From Cystobasidiomycetes sp. EMM_F5 (taxonomy: Eukaryota), in assembly GCA_051047955.1 (NCBI GenBank), contig JBPGPT010000001.1:310001-374000 (forward strand): a DNA stretch of 64,000 nt. The letters run 5' to 3'. The notes under the pieces are model-generated. The model was not told the origin of the DNA, did not search any database, and saw only the letters and a program-made list of their open reading frames with translations. This document shows positions 26,202-37,297 of the stretch, piece after piece. The position numbers and the translations under genes are program-made. Numbering within the stretch: the stretch's first letter is position 1; each line of letters opens with the position of its first letter.

Positions 26202-26894
26202 TTTGCGTAATTTATGTTTTTTCAATGCGAGTGCCTAGCCTCTCTGGCTACGAACAGCTAGTGACGCCAGAGCCAGAGTAGGAGCGGGCAGTCTTTAGAC
26301 ACCGCGTTCACAGAAGATGAATGTGCAGAATTGCTGAATTGCAAAGTCACAAACCCCAGCTGGCTGCGCGAGTCATGACACTGATCAATAAGCTTATGAA
26401 ACAGGTTCAACAGCTACCAACATGCGAAAAACAAATAGAAGCTGAATGGACAAGCTTTAATCTGGTCGCATCCCGCTAGGCAACGCGCCAGATACTGTTG
26501 ACCGACTCCAATGCACTCCATCGTACTCGCCCATTTGCGCTTGACCGGTCCAGCATGTGCTCTTGAGCGTGGCTCAGCGAGATGCACTACGTTCACCATG
26601 TATTCACATCGCCTCTCGCGGTAGTGGCCCGCTATGTCGAAGCGTTGGCCATTTTGACGGGAGATGCGACGTCAAACGCAAGTTTCTGCTGCACAGCTCG
26701 TACGCATCGGACGGGACACCTGACATTTTGAAATGGCTGCAACGATTCCCTAGTCTGTACTGGGTCTTGCCTTTCTGATCTTCCCTCGTCAGACGACCTC
26801 TACCCGCATCCTCCAGACAAGACCATTTTGGCGACAGCAACGTCTGGACATCTCCACACCTCTCCCTGTCTTTTACGTACCTGCTGTTGCAATC

Positions 26895-27245
26895 ATGCGC
26901 GCTTCGACACTACCGCTCCTCTTTTCCAAGTATCTTTCGTTGATCGCGGTTTTCATGCTTCATCTCGCTACAATGGCAATTGCGTTTGCCGTATCGAAAG
27001 ACGCCGCTCAGACAGGCAGCGCATTACTTACGCACTATCGAAGAGCAAAAGACGATGATACTGCCGACAACGCTGGCGATTCTAGCGGCGGCTTGCCCGG
27101 CTGGGCAGTAGGCGTCATCATTGGGGCAGTGATTCTGATTGTACTAATCATTGTTGGCTACTTGGTTTACAAACGTCGCGGCAAGAAAGACGACAAGAAG
27201 GGCAACAACAACAACAACAACACCAATACGACCAATACCACGTAA
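26895..27245 (+). CDS. Small single-pass type-I membrane protein (family member 1), intronless
   Basis: Hydrophobic N-terminus, 'HYRR/A', acidic linker, 'GGLPGWAVGVIIGAVILIVLIIVGYLVY' TM, KRRGKK and an Asn/Thr tail. Confidence 0.8.
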   Translation: MRASTLPLLFSKYLSLIAVFMLHLATMAIAFAVSKDAAQTGSALLTHYRRAKDDDTADNAGDSSGGLPGWAVGVIIGAVILIVLIIVGYLVYKRRGKKDDKKGNNNNNNTNTTNTT

Positions 27246-27642
27246 GGCATTGAGGCTCACCGACCGATTTCGGGCAAACAGCTTGTTTTCATAATGTAAC
27301 ATAGCGCTTTTGTGTGCCTATGTCAATACCTCCCCTATCCGGGGTCTGACCAAATATCAACATCAAACTGAAATTAGTGACTTTCCTGTGAGCAAACTTC
27401 CACCCAACGGCTGCGTTGTGTCTATTGCTGCCACTCGTTCCCATACTTACCAGATATCGAGGGTCGCGTCATCACAGATGACATGTACCGTACTGCGAGT
27501 CCGTCATTTGTATGCACCGCGCTGACCGCGAAAAGTGTGTCAACGGTCGTGCGGCGAGTGAGGGAGCCTGGTAGCGCGAATTCATAACATCGCAATGAAA
27601 ATTGGGATTGAGTGCATGTTTACGTGGTCACATCAATAAAAA

Positions 27643-28197
27643 ATGGCGACGATGTCCACATACACTTCTAGCGAACTGCGGTCAAAAACCTTGTACTTGG
27701 CTCTGCTGGTTCATCGGATTACTGTCTGCCGCGCGTATGCCATTGCAGATGGACGTGGTGACATTGGTATTGGCAGGTTGGCGAATGAGACAGCATATGT
27801 CAAGCGCGCTTCGTCTATTGACAATTATACGGGAGAAGACCCAGCAGATGAAGGCGGGTTGCCGCCATGGACAGTCGGACTCTTCCTCGGTGGAGGACTC
27901 TTCGTCATTGTTGTCGTCGTCACCTTCTTGACCTGGTCGCGCCGTAGCAAGATAAAGTCCAGAACTGTGTCCAACAACACTGCAACTCCAGGCACAGGCT
28001 CCGGAAAGTCCGGAGGGTCCGGAGGCTCTGGAGGATCCGGGGGCTCTGGAGGGTCAGGAGGCTCTGGAGGGTCCGGAGGTGCGAGTGGATCGGGAGGGGG
28101 AGGTAATGCAGCGGGTGGCGGAAGTGCTGGTGGTTCAGGCGGTAGTGGTGGAGCTGGAGATGGATCAAGCGGAGCAGCAGGAGGCAGCGGAGCATGA
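27643..28197 (+). CDS. Small single-pass type-I membrane protein (family member 2) with Gly/Ser cytoplasmic tail, intronless
   Basis: 'YVKR/A', 'GGLPPWTVGLFLGGGLFVIVVVVTFLTW' TM, SRRSK and a (GGS)n tail. Confidence 0.8.
   Translation: MATMSTYTSSELRSKTLYLALLVHRITVCRAYAIADGRGDIGIGRLANETAYVKRASSIDNYTGEDPADEGGLPPWTVGLFLGGGLFVIVVVVTFLTWSRRSKIKSRTVSNNTATPGTGSGKSGGSGGSGGSGGSGGSGGSGGSGGASGSGGGGNAAGGGSAGGSGGSGGAGDGSSGAAGGSGA
28009..28080 (+). repeat. Degenerate 9-bp coding tandem repeat encoding (SGG)n
   Basis: tccggaggg / tctggagga / tcaggaggc units vary at synonymous positions, which supports the + strand reading frame. Confidence 0.85.
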
Positions 28198-28621
28198 AAT
28201 ACTGCCAGTGGTGGCAACACAGGTCCTTAGCATACTGTACCATTTTGTCAACGATAGCTGCTCAAAGCTCGTGGTGGATCGTTTCAGTCGAAGATTGTGT
28301 GTCTCGAGCGATAATTCAGATCAGTCGACAAAGACGGGCTTCAGCGTATGCTACTGTATATGCTGATCAACGTTCACTCTGTTCACTGCTGTTTGTCTCG
28401 CAAAGTAGTCTGAGTATCTGAGCTGCTGTCTTCGTACTGATCTGAAGTCACTGCCCTCTCTCGAATTATAGCGGGGCATCCATAGTATGAAGGGATCGGA
28501 GCTAGACCGGCAATGGCGATCACTTTGCGGTGCGCATCACGATGCTGCGTTTCCATGTGCGAGAGAGACTGTCTTGCTCACTACCATTCCGAATCCGACA
28601 GCTGGTCTGTCCTTTGCGTCA

Positions 28622-28993
28622 ATGATGCGTGTTTCGCTATTTCGGAGCGCGATCATCACAATGCTTGGCTTGCTCGCGCAACAGGTTCCTATTGTAGCTG
28701 GATACGCGGCACCACAGCCGGAACCGGCAGCAGTGGCCCATCGCTGCGTAGCGCGGCGCGATCAACTTGTCCGCCGTGCCAAAAAATCAGAATCGCCGAC
28801 ATCTTGGATCGATGGCAAGACCAATGGCCTGGAAAACAAGAAAGTCTTAGCTATTATCATCTGTGTAGGCGTGGCATTCGTTGCCGCTATCTTTGCAATC
28901 GTCTTATGCATGAAGCGACGCAACGCAAGAAAGAATGTTTCAGCGGGAGTTGGTCAGGAGGATCGATACCAATATCCGGCATACACCAGCTGA
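28622..28993 (+). CDS. Small single-pass type-I membrane protein (family member 3), intronless
   Basis: Signal 'MMRVSLFRSAIITMLGLLA', 'LVRR/A', TM 'VLAIIICVGVAFVAAIFAIVLCM' and KRR. Confidence 0.78.
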   Translation: MMRVSLFRSAIITMLGLLAQQVPIVAGYAAPQPEPAAVAHRCVARRDQLVRRAKKSESPTSWIDGKTNGLENKKVLAIIICVGVAFVAAIFAIVLCMKRRNARKNVSAGVGQEDRYQYPAYTS

Positions 28994-29175
28994 GCGCCTT
29001 GGTGAAGAGCCTAAGCTACTGGGCGCCTCAAAGTCCGCTATGACCGGATTGAGCCGAAGCACATGCTCGGATCTTGCTCACAACCGCGTTTTCAACTTGG
29101 ATTCATATCATTACAGTCGCTGTTGACGAATGCATGATATTCAACGCTAGCTGTAGGCTACAACCGATCATCGAT

Positions 29176-30602
29176 TTAAGCTTGACCTACAGCAGACTGT
29201 GCAGCCTGTCTTGCTTTTTTGCCGGCGTTCGTGATGGCGTCCAGGGCTGCAAAGCAATTGTGAGCTACATTGCCTGAATAGCTGGTCAATTGGGACTCGA
29301 TCTTACCGCTCTTGTACGCGGGCTTCTCGTCGGCGAAAAAGACGTATCCGAAGCTTGTGGAAGGATCATTGAAGCGCTTGTTTTTGTCGATACTTGCTAT
29401 CTTCTCCATGTCTCCGGCGGCTAGCTCAATGAAATCCATATTCTGCTTCAGTCTATCTTCGTTGGTGCTCTTTGGAATGACTGATGTGCTCCGCGTTGCA
29501 CCCCATCTATTGACAATGCGCAAAGTATTCAGTACGTGTCATTCAGAAATATTGCTTGCCTCACGAGAGTAGGATTTGGTTCGGGGTCTTGCCATATTCT
29601 GCATGAAGGGAATACATTCAGCATGATCGCATCGGTGTTCCGCAGACTTTACGAACTCTTCGCCAGCTCTTCTATGACTGGGTGATCTCGTACCAAGTTC
29701 TTATCTCCATATATCGGATTTTGCTAACCGAGAGTTTCTTGTTAGCGCAAGAAAACGGATTGAACATATGTCAACCCTCACATTGCCGCTAGAAAGACAG
29801 ATATCATTATGTTAGTCCTCGGCAAAATCGAAAAGCTTTAAACGCACAATGGGGAGTAAGCCGTCACTTGAATATCATGGCTTTGAAGCCACTTGACGTA
29901 TTCGGACTGCTGCAAGAATGGGTGCAGCTCGATTTGCATAACGTCTGGCTTGTGCTTTGCTGAGCGCAAAACTTCCTCGACCTCGCTCTTGGTGCAGTTT
30001 GAGAGACCAATAGCATTGACTTTGCCAGTTTGGAGGAGATCCTCCATGGCCGCCCATGTCTGCGACAGGGTGGTATTGTTGTCTCTGTCCATGACGTCTG
30101 CGGTCTTTGGGAATAGGTCATCTCCTGCTTTGAAAGCTGACGGCCAGCTGAAGATATGAGAGTTTAGTCGACGAAAAGTCGTATGCCTCTGCCGATAGCC
30201 TACTGCATGAGATACAGATCTAGGTAATCCAGACCAAGATCTTTGAGCGTCTTGTCAAGTGCTGCTTCTACGCGGGCAGGAGAGTGGTTGTTGTTCCATA
30301 GCTGGGTTTCGAATACAAGCAAGTTGAATATCAAGTCTTTGCACAATAAATTTGAAGATGCTGACCTTGCTTGTGATCCAGATCTCATCGCGCTTCACGC
30401 CAGATCTCTTGATACCCTCGCCAACTTCCTTCTCATTGCGGTAGATTGCCGCACTGTCGATATGCTTGTAGCCTAGCTTGAGAGCAGTCTCGACAGCATT
30501 CTCGACTTCGCCTGCCTTGGCTTGCCAGCAACCGAGACCAAGAATGGGAAAGGCTTTCGAGGGATTTCGCGAATTGAGGAGTCTCAAACTTTTGGAGGCC
30601 AT
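29176..30602 (-). CDS. Aldo-keto reductase (Gcy1/Ypr1-like), multi-exon
   Basis: Contains 'LGLGCWQ', '[18 protein letters not shown]', 'ITSK|LWN', '[12 protein letters not shown]', 'IGLSN', 'QIELHP' and 'VIPKS'. Confidence 0.93.
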
Positions 30603-30815
30603 GATTCTTGTGCTACGATTTAATGCAAGGATACGTAACTGTTGGTGTAGGTGAGGAGACAAACCTTTTGTAAAAACGGGTGGGCGGCACGGACCTGAAG
30701 TGGCAAAAACGAATGACGTGCATGTAGCATGCCTGTCAAGTCCCTTCCCTTCTCTAAAAGTCTCGAGAACGCTAACACAAGCTCGACATCATGTCTTCAA
30801 GACATTGCAACTTCC

Positions 30816-31857
30816 TCATACAAGATTACACAGAGGAGCCAGCGATGCAATAAGCACTAATACGAAACTAGGAGTACATCCGCGAGTGAAGAACTCAACG
30901 GTGGCCGCCAGTACGAACAGTAGAATGGTGCGGCTGAATTTGATTGCGTCACTCGGGCACCGTGTGCGAAGGAGAGGTATAGCAATGACCAAAAAGACAA
31001 GCATTGTGTAGATTGGGAGACCATCGGCGTGGAGCGCATGACCCAAAATCATCATGGGCATTGATGCAGTCGCGATCCATAACTGATGTGTCTCCAGAAT
31101 GCTGGCGGCGGGTTGGAAATCTGCTTTCAATAAGGCCATATTTGCGATGTACGCCGCGTATAACGCCGGCCATCGATATACTTTCCATCCGCCGTACGAG
31201 GCTATACCCAAGCATGCGAGAGCAATCTGTAGCTTGCCCTTGTGTTCTCGCACAAATGTATGCTGTCGGACAGTCTCAACGTCCAAGATTATCAGGCTGA
31301 TTGTAGCTGCCAGGGCCAGGCTAGCGGTCCTATTCCAACCAAAATATTTTTCGTAGGTTACCGCAGAGATACTAGTAGCCGCGAGACGAATACACTGTTG
31401 TGGATACGTGTCGTAGAAGGCGTAGAGAAACGGCCAGCTAGTGAATGATCTAATCACTGTCCAGGTATTGCGGATTTCACGATTTGATGCCACGAGTGCA
31501 AGGAGGGCATTGATCACGAAGGCAACGATCGCCGATAATGCTGTCCAGCCATGGAAGTGTATACCAGTCTGTTCCTTTATCATCGCATAGGTGCCGTAGG
31601 AGCTAGCAATAATGTAAGTGATGCGAAAGGTGAGCTGGATAGCGAAGTTGTCAAGGATGGAGGTGAAGAGCTGCGATGTCCAATGTGCAGTTTCTGGGGC
31701 TGCTGTGGATGACGCAGCTGCTTCGCCAGCGGACGGTTCTGATTTCTGATAATACGATTTAGATTATACCGGCTCCGGAGAAGGCCAACAACATCAGTCG
31801 CCTCACGCTGCCATTTTGGTCATGGTTTGGTGTGTCGGCTTTGCGCTTCTTGGCCAT
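30816..31857 (-). CDS. Hypothetical multi-pass membrane protein, 1 intron
   Basis: Exon 1 MAKKRKADTPNHDQNGS splices (GTGAGG..CAG) into an open frame continuous with ORF 30816-31583. It has many hydrophobic segments and no family that I recognise. Confidence 0.7.
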
Positions 31858-32113
31858 GCCTAGCCATATTCAATATTGTCAGAAAGGAAAGAGAGCGGCA
31901 ATGATATAATCATTGCGACTCAAATTATCGGAACTCTTTCAATGATCTCGCAGAGACCCACTTGTCAATCTCTCCAGCTTAGCCGTACGCTGCCGATACT
32001 TCCAGCACTATTTCCACTTCTGCATTGCAATTTTAGCGTTTTCCGGCTGGTCGGATTGGTCCTCGACCCTCTCAAGCAGAGTCCGGAGCAGTGTGCCTCA
32101 CCCTTTGCCCAAC

Positions 32114-32921
32114 ATGTCACTCTTCAACCCAAGGAATATGACTATGCTCAGCCGAGTTGCAGCGCGTTCGTGTAACCTTGCGCCCTTCCGGTGTCCTTGC
32201 GGTCATATCATACCATCGGCATTACAGCATCGAACGGTCGTCACAGCGAGGCTACGTTTCAGCCAGACTACTCCGCAAGTCGGTACAAGCAGTAGTGCTA
32301 TCGATGCAGCCGTACTACATCCTCTCGACGTATCGCGGCCCCCTCCGCCAGCTGTCGTAGCAACGCACAACTCGCCAAAGATCAGTCAGCCAAAGTCGGA
32401 CGTGACTTCACCTCGCAAGCAAGAACCGCCGGCTGCGAAGCCAGCGAGGAGGGAGATCAAGGCAGCTAAAGCGGCAATCACGATGGTAAGTGCTGTTGTC
32501 CGGGAAGTCATCCTAAAGATCCGCAATCTCAGTAGCTGATACTATTCCAGACTCCAACCGCTGTCGAGCAATTGAGAGGCTTGCTAGATTCGCCGACGCC
32601 GAAACTCATTCGCATAGGTGTACGCAACAAAGGCTGTGCGGGAATGTCGTATCATCTAGAGTATGTCGACAAGCCTGGGCGATTCGATGAAGTCGTCGAG
32701 CAAGAAGGCATCAAAGTCTTAATAGACTCGAAAGCTCTGTTCAGCATAGTCGGAAGTGTGATGGACTGGGTGGAAGACAAGATATCGGCAAAGTTCGTCT
32801 TTAACAACCCAAACATCAAAGAGCAATGCGGTTGTGGCGAATCTTTCGTAGGTCGAGTTGATATTTCAGCCAAATGCAGGTCGAGCTGATCTATGTTCTT
32901 CAATGTATTCAGTTGACCTGA
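32114..32921 (+). CDS. ISA1: Mitochondrial A-type Fe-S cluster assembly protein Isa1
   Basis: Basic presequence, 'IGVRNKGCAGMSYHLEY', 'VLIDSKAL' and 'FVFNNPNIKEQCGCGESF'. Confidence 0.95.
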
Positions 32922-33025
32922 ATGGGTGATTTTCTCTGTGTAGGACTGTTGTTGTAGAATGGGTAATGTTGCAAACAAGCCTTTGGACTAACGTGTTCCT
33001 CAACACAACAATCGCTAACCGCTTA

Positions 33026-33655
33026 TCACGATCGGTACGGTGGGTTGGATGGCACGCTCAAGAAGGAGCTCTGTCCAGGATACGACGCCGAAACCGACGG
33101 GTCATGTCGATTGGGGTCTTGCTCATCCTCAAAGTCATCCTCGTCCAGATCACCGTCATCATCTTCATCATGCTTGATTCCAGCTGCCTTCTCGGCTTCC
33201 TGTAGGCGTTTCTCCTCTGCCGCTTTCGCTTCGAGTTCGGCTTGTTTGATTTTTCTGATCTTGTTGCGTCGCCAAAAGTACAGAACAAGAAACGCAGCTA
33301 CCATGATGGTGGTGCCGATACTGATCCAAACGTACGCTGGCAATCCACCAACCTGTACCATAGCATAATGTCGGTACCATTCTCCGCCATCTTGTTCATC
33401 ATTGCCATCCTCCTTGCTTTCATCATCCTTGCTGGCTTTGCCGCCATCACCGCTTTTGGCGGTACTACCGCTCGAGGCGCCTGTCGCTGTCGCTGTCGCC
33501 GTACTCTTCTTCGCCCCTTCCGTAGTGCTGGAGGCAGTATCGCTGGCTCTCTGCAGTATCAGGGGCACGGCTACGGCTGTCTCAGTCAATATGCACAAAA
33601 TTGCCAATATTGAAATGAGCGTGCGCCGCGATTCGTGTCCAGCACCAACGGGCAT
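33026..33655 (-). CDS. Small single-pass type-I membrane protein (family member 4), intronless
   Basis: Signal 'LISILAILCILTETAVA', 'LILQR/A', S/T/acidic ectodomain, 'GGLPAYVWISIGTTIMVAAFLVLYFW' TM, RRNK, then a coiled coil and acidic tail. Confidence 0.82.
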   Translation of the reverse strand: MPVGAGHESRRTLISILAILCILTETAVAVPLILQRASDTASSTTEGAKKSTATATATGASSGSTAKSGDGGKASKDDESKEDGNDEQDGGEWYRHYAMVQVGGLPAYVWISIGTTIMVAAFLVLYFWRRNKIRKIKQAELEAKAAEEKRLQEAEKAAGIKHDEDDDGDLDEDDFEDEQDPNRHDPSVSASYPGQSSFLSVPSNPPYRS

Positions 33656-33905
33656 GGTATAGAAAGTTCTGGCTATGGCTTCAGTGTGAGCATCTACCAA
33701 TTACAGAGCGCGTGCAGGCTGTCTCGCTCACAAGTCTACGGATTCAGTCAGCACAGCCTCAATGGACATTCCTTTCTCATTGGACCGGATGTCGAGCGGG
33801 TTTGCAAACGCTTCTATGGGTCAAAGGTGCGTCTTTGTGGTTGGAAGAGCTACGATACATTTTGAACTTGTGCAGCTCGTCAGGCCGCTTTTCTATTCCT
33901 GAAAC

Positions 33906-34343
33906 TCAGAAGGCTTGCTGACCGAACGGGGACGGCAACGCAAGGCCCCCATTATTGAGTGGCAAAGCAGGCTGCTTATTCTTATTGTGCTTTTTGTTGC
34001 CGGACGTTGGCTTTGAGCTTTCCTTCTGCGACTTCTTCCAGTCCAGGTATTCCTCACCACTTCCAAGACAGTACCAGTACAGAAAGTAACCGAGTATGAG
34101 AGCGAGGAGAACCGTCAGGACGATGATTACGATGAGATAGGTCTTGGTGCCAGCAATACTGCCTTCTAGCATGGAACTACTGGCATTTTTACCGGCTTTT
34201 GCAGTAGGGGTAGCATCGGCCGCGGCCGCACGAGCCACCAGGCTCACAGTATGAACGGCATCAGGTACAGTAATAGCAAGTGAGCGGGTGACGACGAAGG
34301 AGACGATGAGTAGGAGAGGGGAGCTACCGATGACGCTCAGCAT
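33906..34343 (-). CDS. Small single-pass type-I membrane protein (family member 5), intronless
   Basis: Signal 'MLSVIGSSPLLLIVSFVV', 'LVAR/A', TM 'YLIVIIVLTVLLALILGYFLYWY' and a basic tail. Confidence 0.8.
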   Translation of the reverse strand: MLSVIGSSPLLLIVSFVVTRSLAITVPDAVHTVSLVARAAAADATPTAKAGKNASSSMLEGSIAGTKTYLIVIIVLTVLLALILGYFLYWYCLGSGEEYLDWKKSQKESSKPTSGNKKHNKNKQPALPLNNGGLALPSPFGQQAF

Positions 34344-35164
34344 GAGGAAGTTGAGAGATTTAGAGGTAACTTCTCGATATCGGAGGTATGTAAGCGATGA
34401 AAGTTGGCTAAAGCTTAGGATCCCGGCGAGTTCTGCAAACGCTGTCGTTGCGACGACCCGTCCCGGCGATGATGACGCGCATTACAGATTAGTCTCGTTG
34501 ACACGTCAAATCGTCATTGTCAGTACTCTCGACTGACAATTCTACGCACCGCCGCCATGTAGATATCACAGATGCGCAGCGGGATGTGTGGAGCTAGACA
34601 CGCTGGCAGCTTGATTGGCCAGGGATCGAGTCGATTGATATGTTTCCGCTTGTTGACTGACTTCGCAGAAACAGTCCTCGATTTCGTCAGCACGCGCATA
34701 ATCAGCTCCGAAGTTTTGTTGGGCAAGGGTCTGACGTCCAGCAGGAGCGCATGGCGTAGTGGGCACTAGCTAACAGAGCCATGGTGTTGTACGCCTATAA
34801 TACAAAAGTTTCTCGCAACTCACTCATCATACGACACATTGTGACCGACAAGGCAGTATGCCTGAGGACGCGCATTATTGGAAAGCACCGTGTCTTGCAC
34901 AATGAGGATGAGCGCATATTGAAAGTGGTAAGGCCACTCATCATACCATCACATCGTTGCTGAAATATGTACGGTGAGAAGCCTTGCACAAGTTGATATC
35001 ATGCAGCAGGCCACTCGCAAGCTTGTAGCAGAATGCATTCGCGATAGCTGCTATCTAGACGACTTGCTTGCGCATTCCTCCTGACATAAGCCGTCATTCA
35101 AGCAAGGCTCCAAAAGGAACATTGTGACTGGTTGTTTCGGCGTGCTTCATCAAGAGTTTCGCAT

Positions 35165-35758
35165 TCATTGCCCCTTGAGATAGTTGGACGCCTTACGAAT
35201 CGTTCAGTCCAAATGTCGCTACTTTGCGTTTTGGCCGGTATCTCACCTTTATATCTTCCCTATTCTTCTGACGTAGACCCCGCTTGTTTATGTGTACCGG
35301 ACCGTCTCTTGTTCGCACTGTGGCCTGAAAGCCATCCGCTGTGCTTGATTGGGGTACCACTTTTGTAGCCTTGTTCGCGGGTCCTTGCGGCTGAACGCCA
35401 GCTTGCGGAGATGTCTCCAAGAGCTTCCAGAGCCATGAGGGATACTCTTCGTCTGGAAGTGCGACAGGTTCCGGTCTATCTTGATGATAGCCAATGCCTC
35501 TGAGAATCGTTCCAGCAGGAACGCTGGATTGAGCGGTCGGACTTGATGGACCAGCTACTGGCGTAGGATTTACCAAGTCCGGTACTGCTTTGGTGTTTGC
35601 AGATGCATCTGCAGTCAAAGTATTGTCTTCATTTCAGCCCCCGAGACCGGACCCTATGTCGAAAAAAAAGCACATCGGACACCAGCAACGGCAAGTTGCG
35701 CACACCGCCTGCAGCATCTCGGACGAAATTTCGATACAGACTGGCGGATGGAATTCAT
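35165..35758 (-). CDS. MRPL37: Mitochondrial ribosomal protein mL54 (yeast Mrpl37)
   Basis: Spliced presequence MNSIRQSVSKFRPRCCRR|YAS, 'ILRGIGY..PVALPDEEYPSWLWKLL' and 'LRQKNREDIK|ASNYLKGQ*'. Confidence 0.85.
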
Positions 35759-35849
35759 GGTTGATGCGAGTAAAGCCGATTCAAACGCAACTTACAAAAG
35801 CCGGCCAATTTGATCATTTGCGAATTCAGCTCTCGGACAACCAGAATCC

Positions 35850-37297
35850 ATGGATTCATTATGCGCTCTGAGGCTACCGAAAGGCCATTCCTCACTGCAA
35901 TCTGCTCGGGCTATTGATATTGTCGACTGCCTGCAGCTGCCGCATGTCATACAATGGCACACAATTGGCGACTGCTCGGCGGCCTTTGACGCCATTAAAA
36001 GCATGAAGATTCGCGGGGCGCCAGCAATTGCATCCCTAGCGGCCGTGGCTATAGCTTGCGAACTGCTGAATGCTTTGGACTCTCCTACCTCGTCAACAAT
36101 TCTGCAGTCCCAGTCAAGTCTGCAAAGTTGGCTAAATGACAGAGCCACGTTCCTCTTGAGCAGTAGGCCGACGGCTGTTAACTTGCGAGAGGCCATGCAT
36201 CGTCTACAGCATCTCGTAGCGTCTAGCAATCCAGAAGACGTCTCGACAACTGCCAGAAAAATCGCACAGGCCGGCGAGCTTGTCTGGACGGAAGACATTG
36301 AGCGCAATGTGAGGATAGGAGACAACGGAGCGCAATGGTTGCTGGACAGTCTTGAACGAGACGGTTCAATCCAAAGAGGAGGCTCCATAAACGTTCTGAC
36401 CGTATGCAACACTGGCTCGCTGGCTACATCGGTTAGTCGCATGAACAGCAATCGCTACATTGTCAATCAGCTATACTCAACTTAGTCTCTTTTTGTCTAC
36501 AGGGATATGGAACTGCTCTAGGCGTAATCTCATCTCTACATCGAATGAAACGGCTTTCGCATGCATTCTATGCCCAAACAGGTCCATATCAGCAAGGAGC
36601 ACGCTTGACATCTCTGGAACTGCAGTCTCAGGATATCCCATGCACAATGGTATGCGATACAATGATGGCATCATTGCTTGCGGGCAACTCACATGGCCGC
36701 CCTATACACGCTTTCGTGCTCGGCGCCGACCGGATAGCGGTGAATGGCGACACGGCAAACAAGATTTCTTCATACCAGATTGCCCTCCTAGCTCGCCATG
36801 TGCCTCCTCCGAGGGGAAGCCAGCGAGCTCGTACCCTGGTGTGCGCACCAGTAGCGACGTTCGATCTGAGTATGGCTGACGGGTCCAGCATTGTCGTGGA
36901 GGAACGACCAAATTGGGAGGCGTGTACCGTCAGAGGCAAAGTCTACCATCACCCGCCCGCCTCCAAACCTGCAACGAGCGAAGCCACCAAGCTGTCGGCG
37001 CAACAAGGCGAAGATGTCCACGTCCATGCGAATGGGAACAGGGACGATGTCGTCACAGTCCTTGTAACACCAGAGAATACGCAAGCATGGAATCCGGCTT
37101 TTGATGTCACGCCCGCTTTCCTGATTGACGGCATTGCTTGCGAGCTTGGTGTGGCTCGGAAGAAGAAGTCAGGAATGTACAATCTCAAAGTTTTCGTCGA
37201 AAACAAAGGGTTAGAGCCGGCTCATGAAGAGGAAATGATCAAAGACTGGACCGATGCAGACAAGGCCGGCGGGGCAAACGGCGTGCATCGAGAGTAG
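35850..37297 (+). CDS. MRI1: Methylthioribose-1-phosphate isomerase (methionine salvage)
   Basis: Contains 'MKIRGAPAIA', 'SSRPTAVNL', 'LTVCNTGSLATS|GYGTALG', 'QGARLT', 'GADRIAVNGDTANKI' and 'WNPAFDVTP'. Confidence 0.95.

Noticed and set aside
27825..28220. Pro-rich ORF on the - strand (PPEPPD repeats)
   Set aside because: It is the antisense shadow of the (GGS)n repeat. Synonymous variation favours the + strand gene.
34468..34536. Possible box C/D snoRNA (ATGATGA...CTGA)
   Set aside because: Only about 9 nt of plausible rRNA complementarity and no terminal stem.
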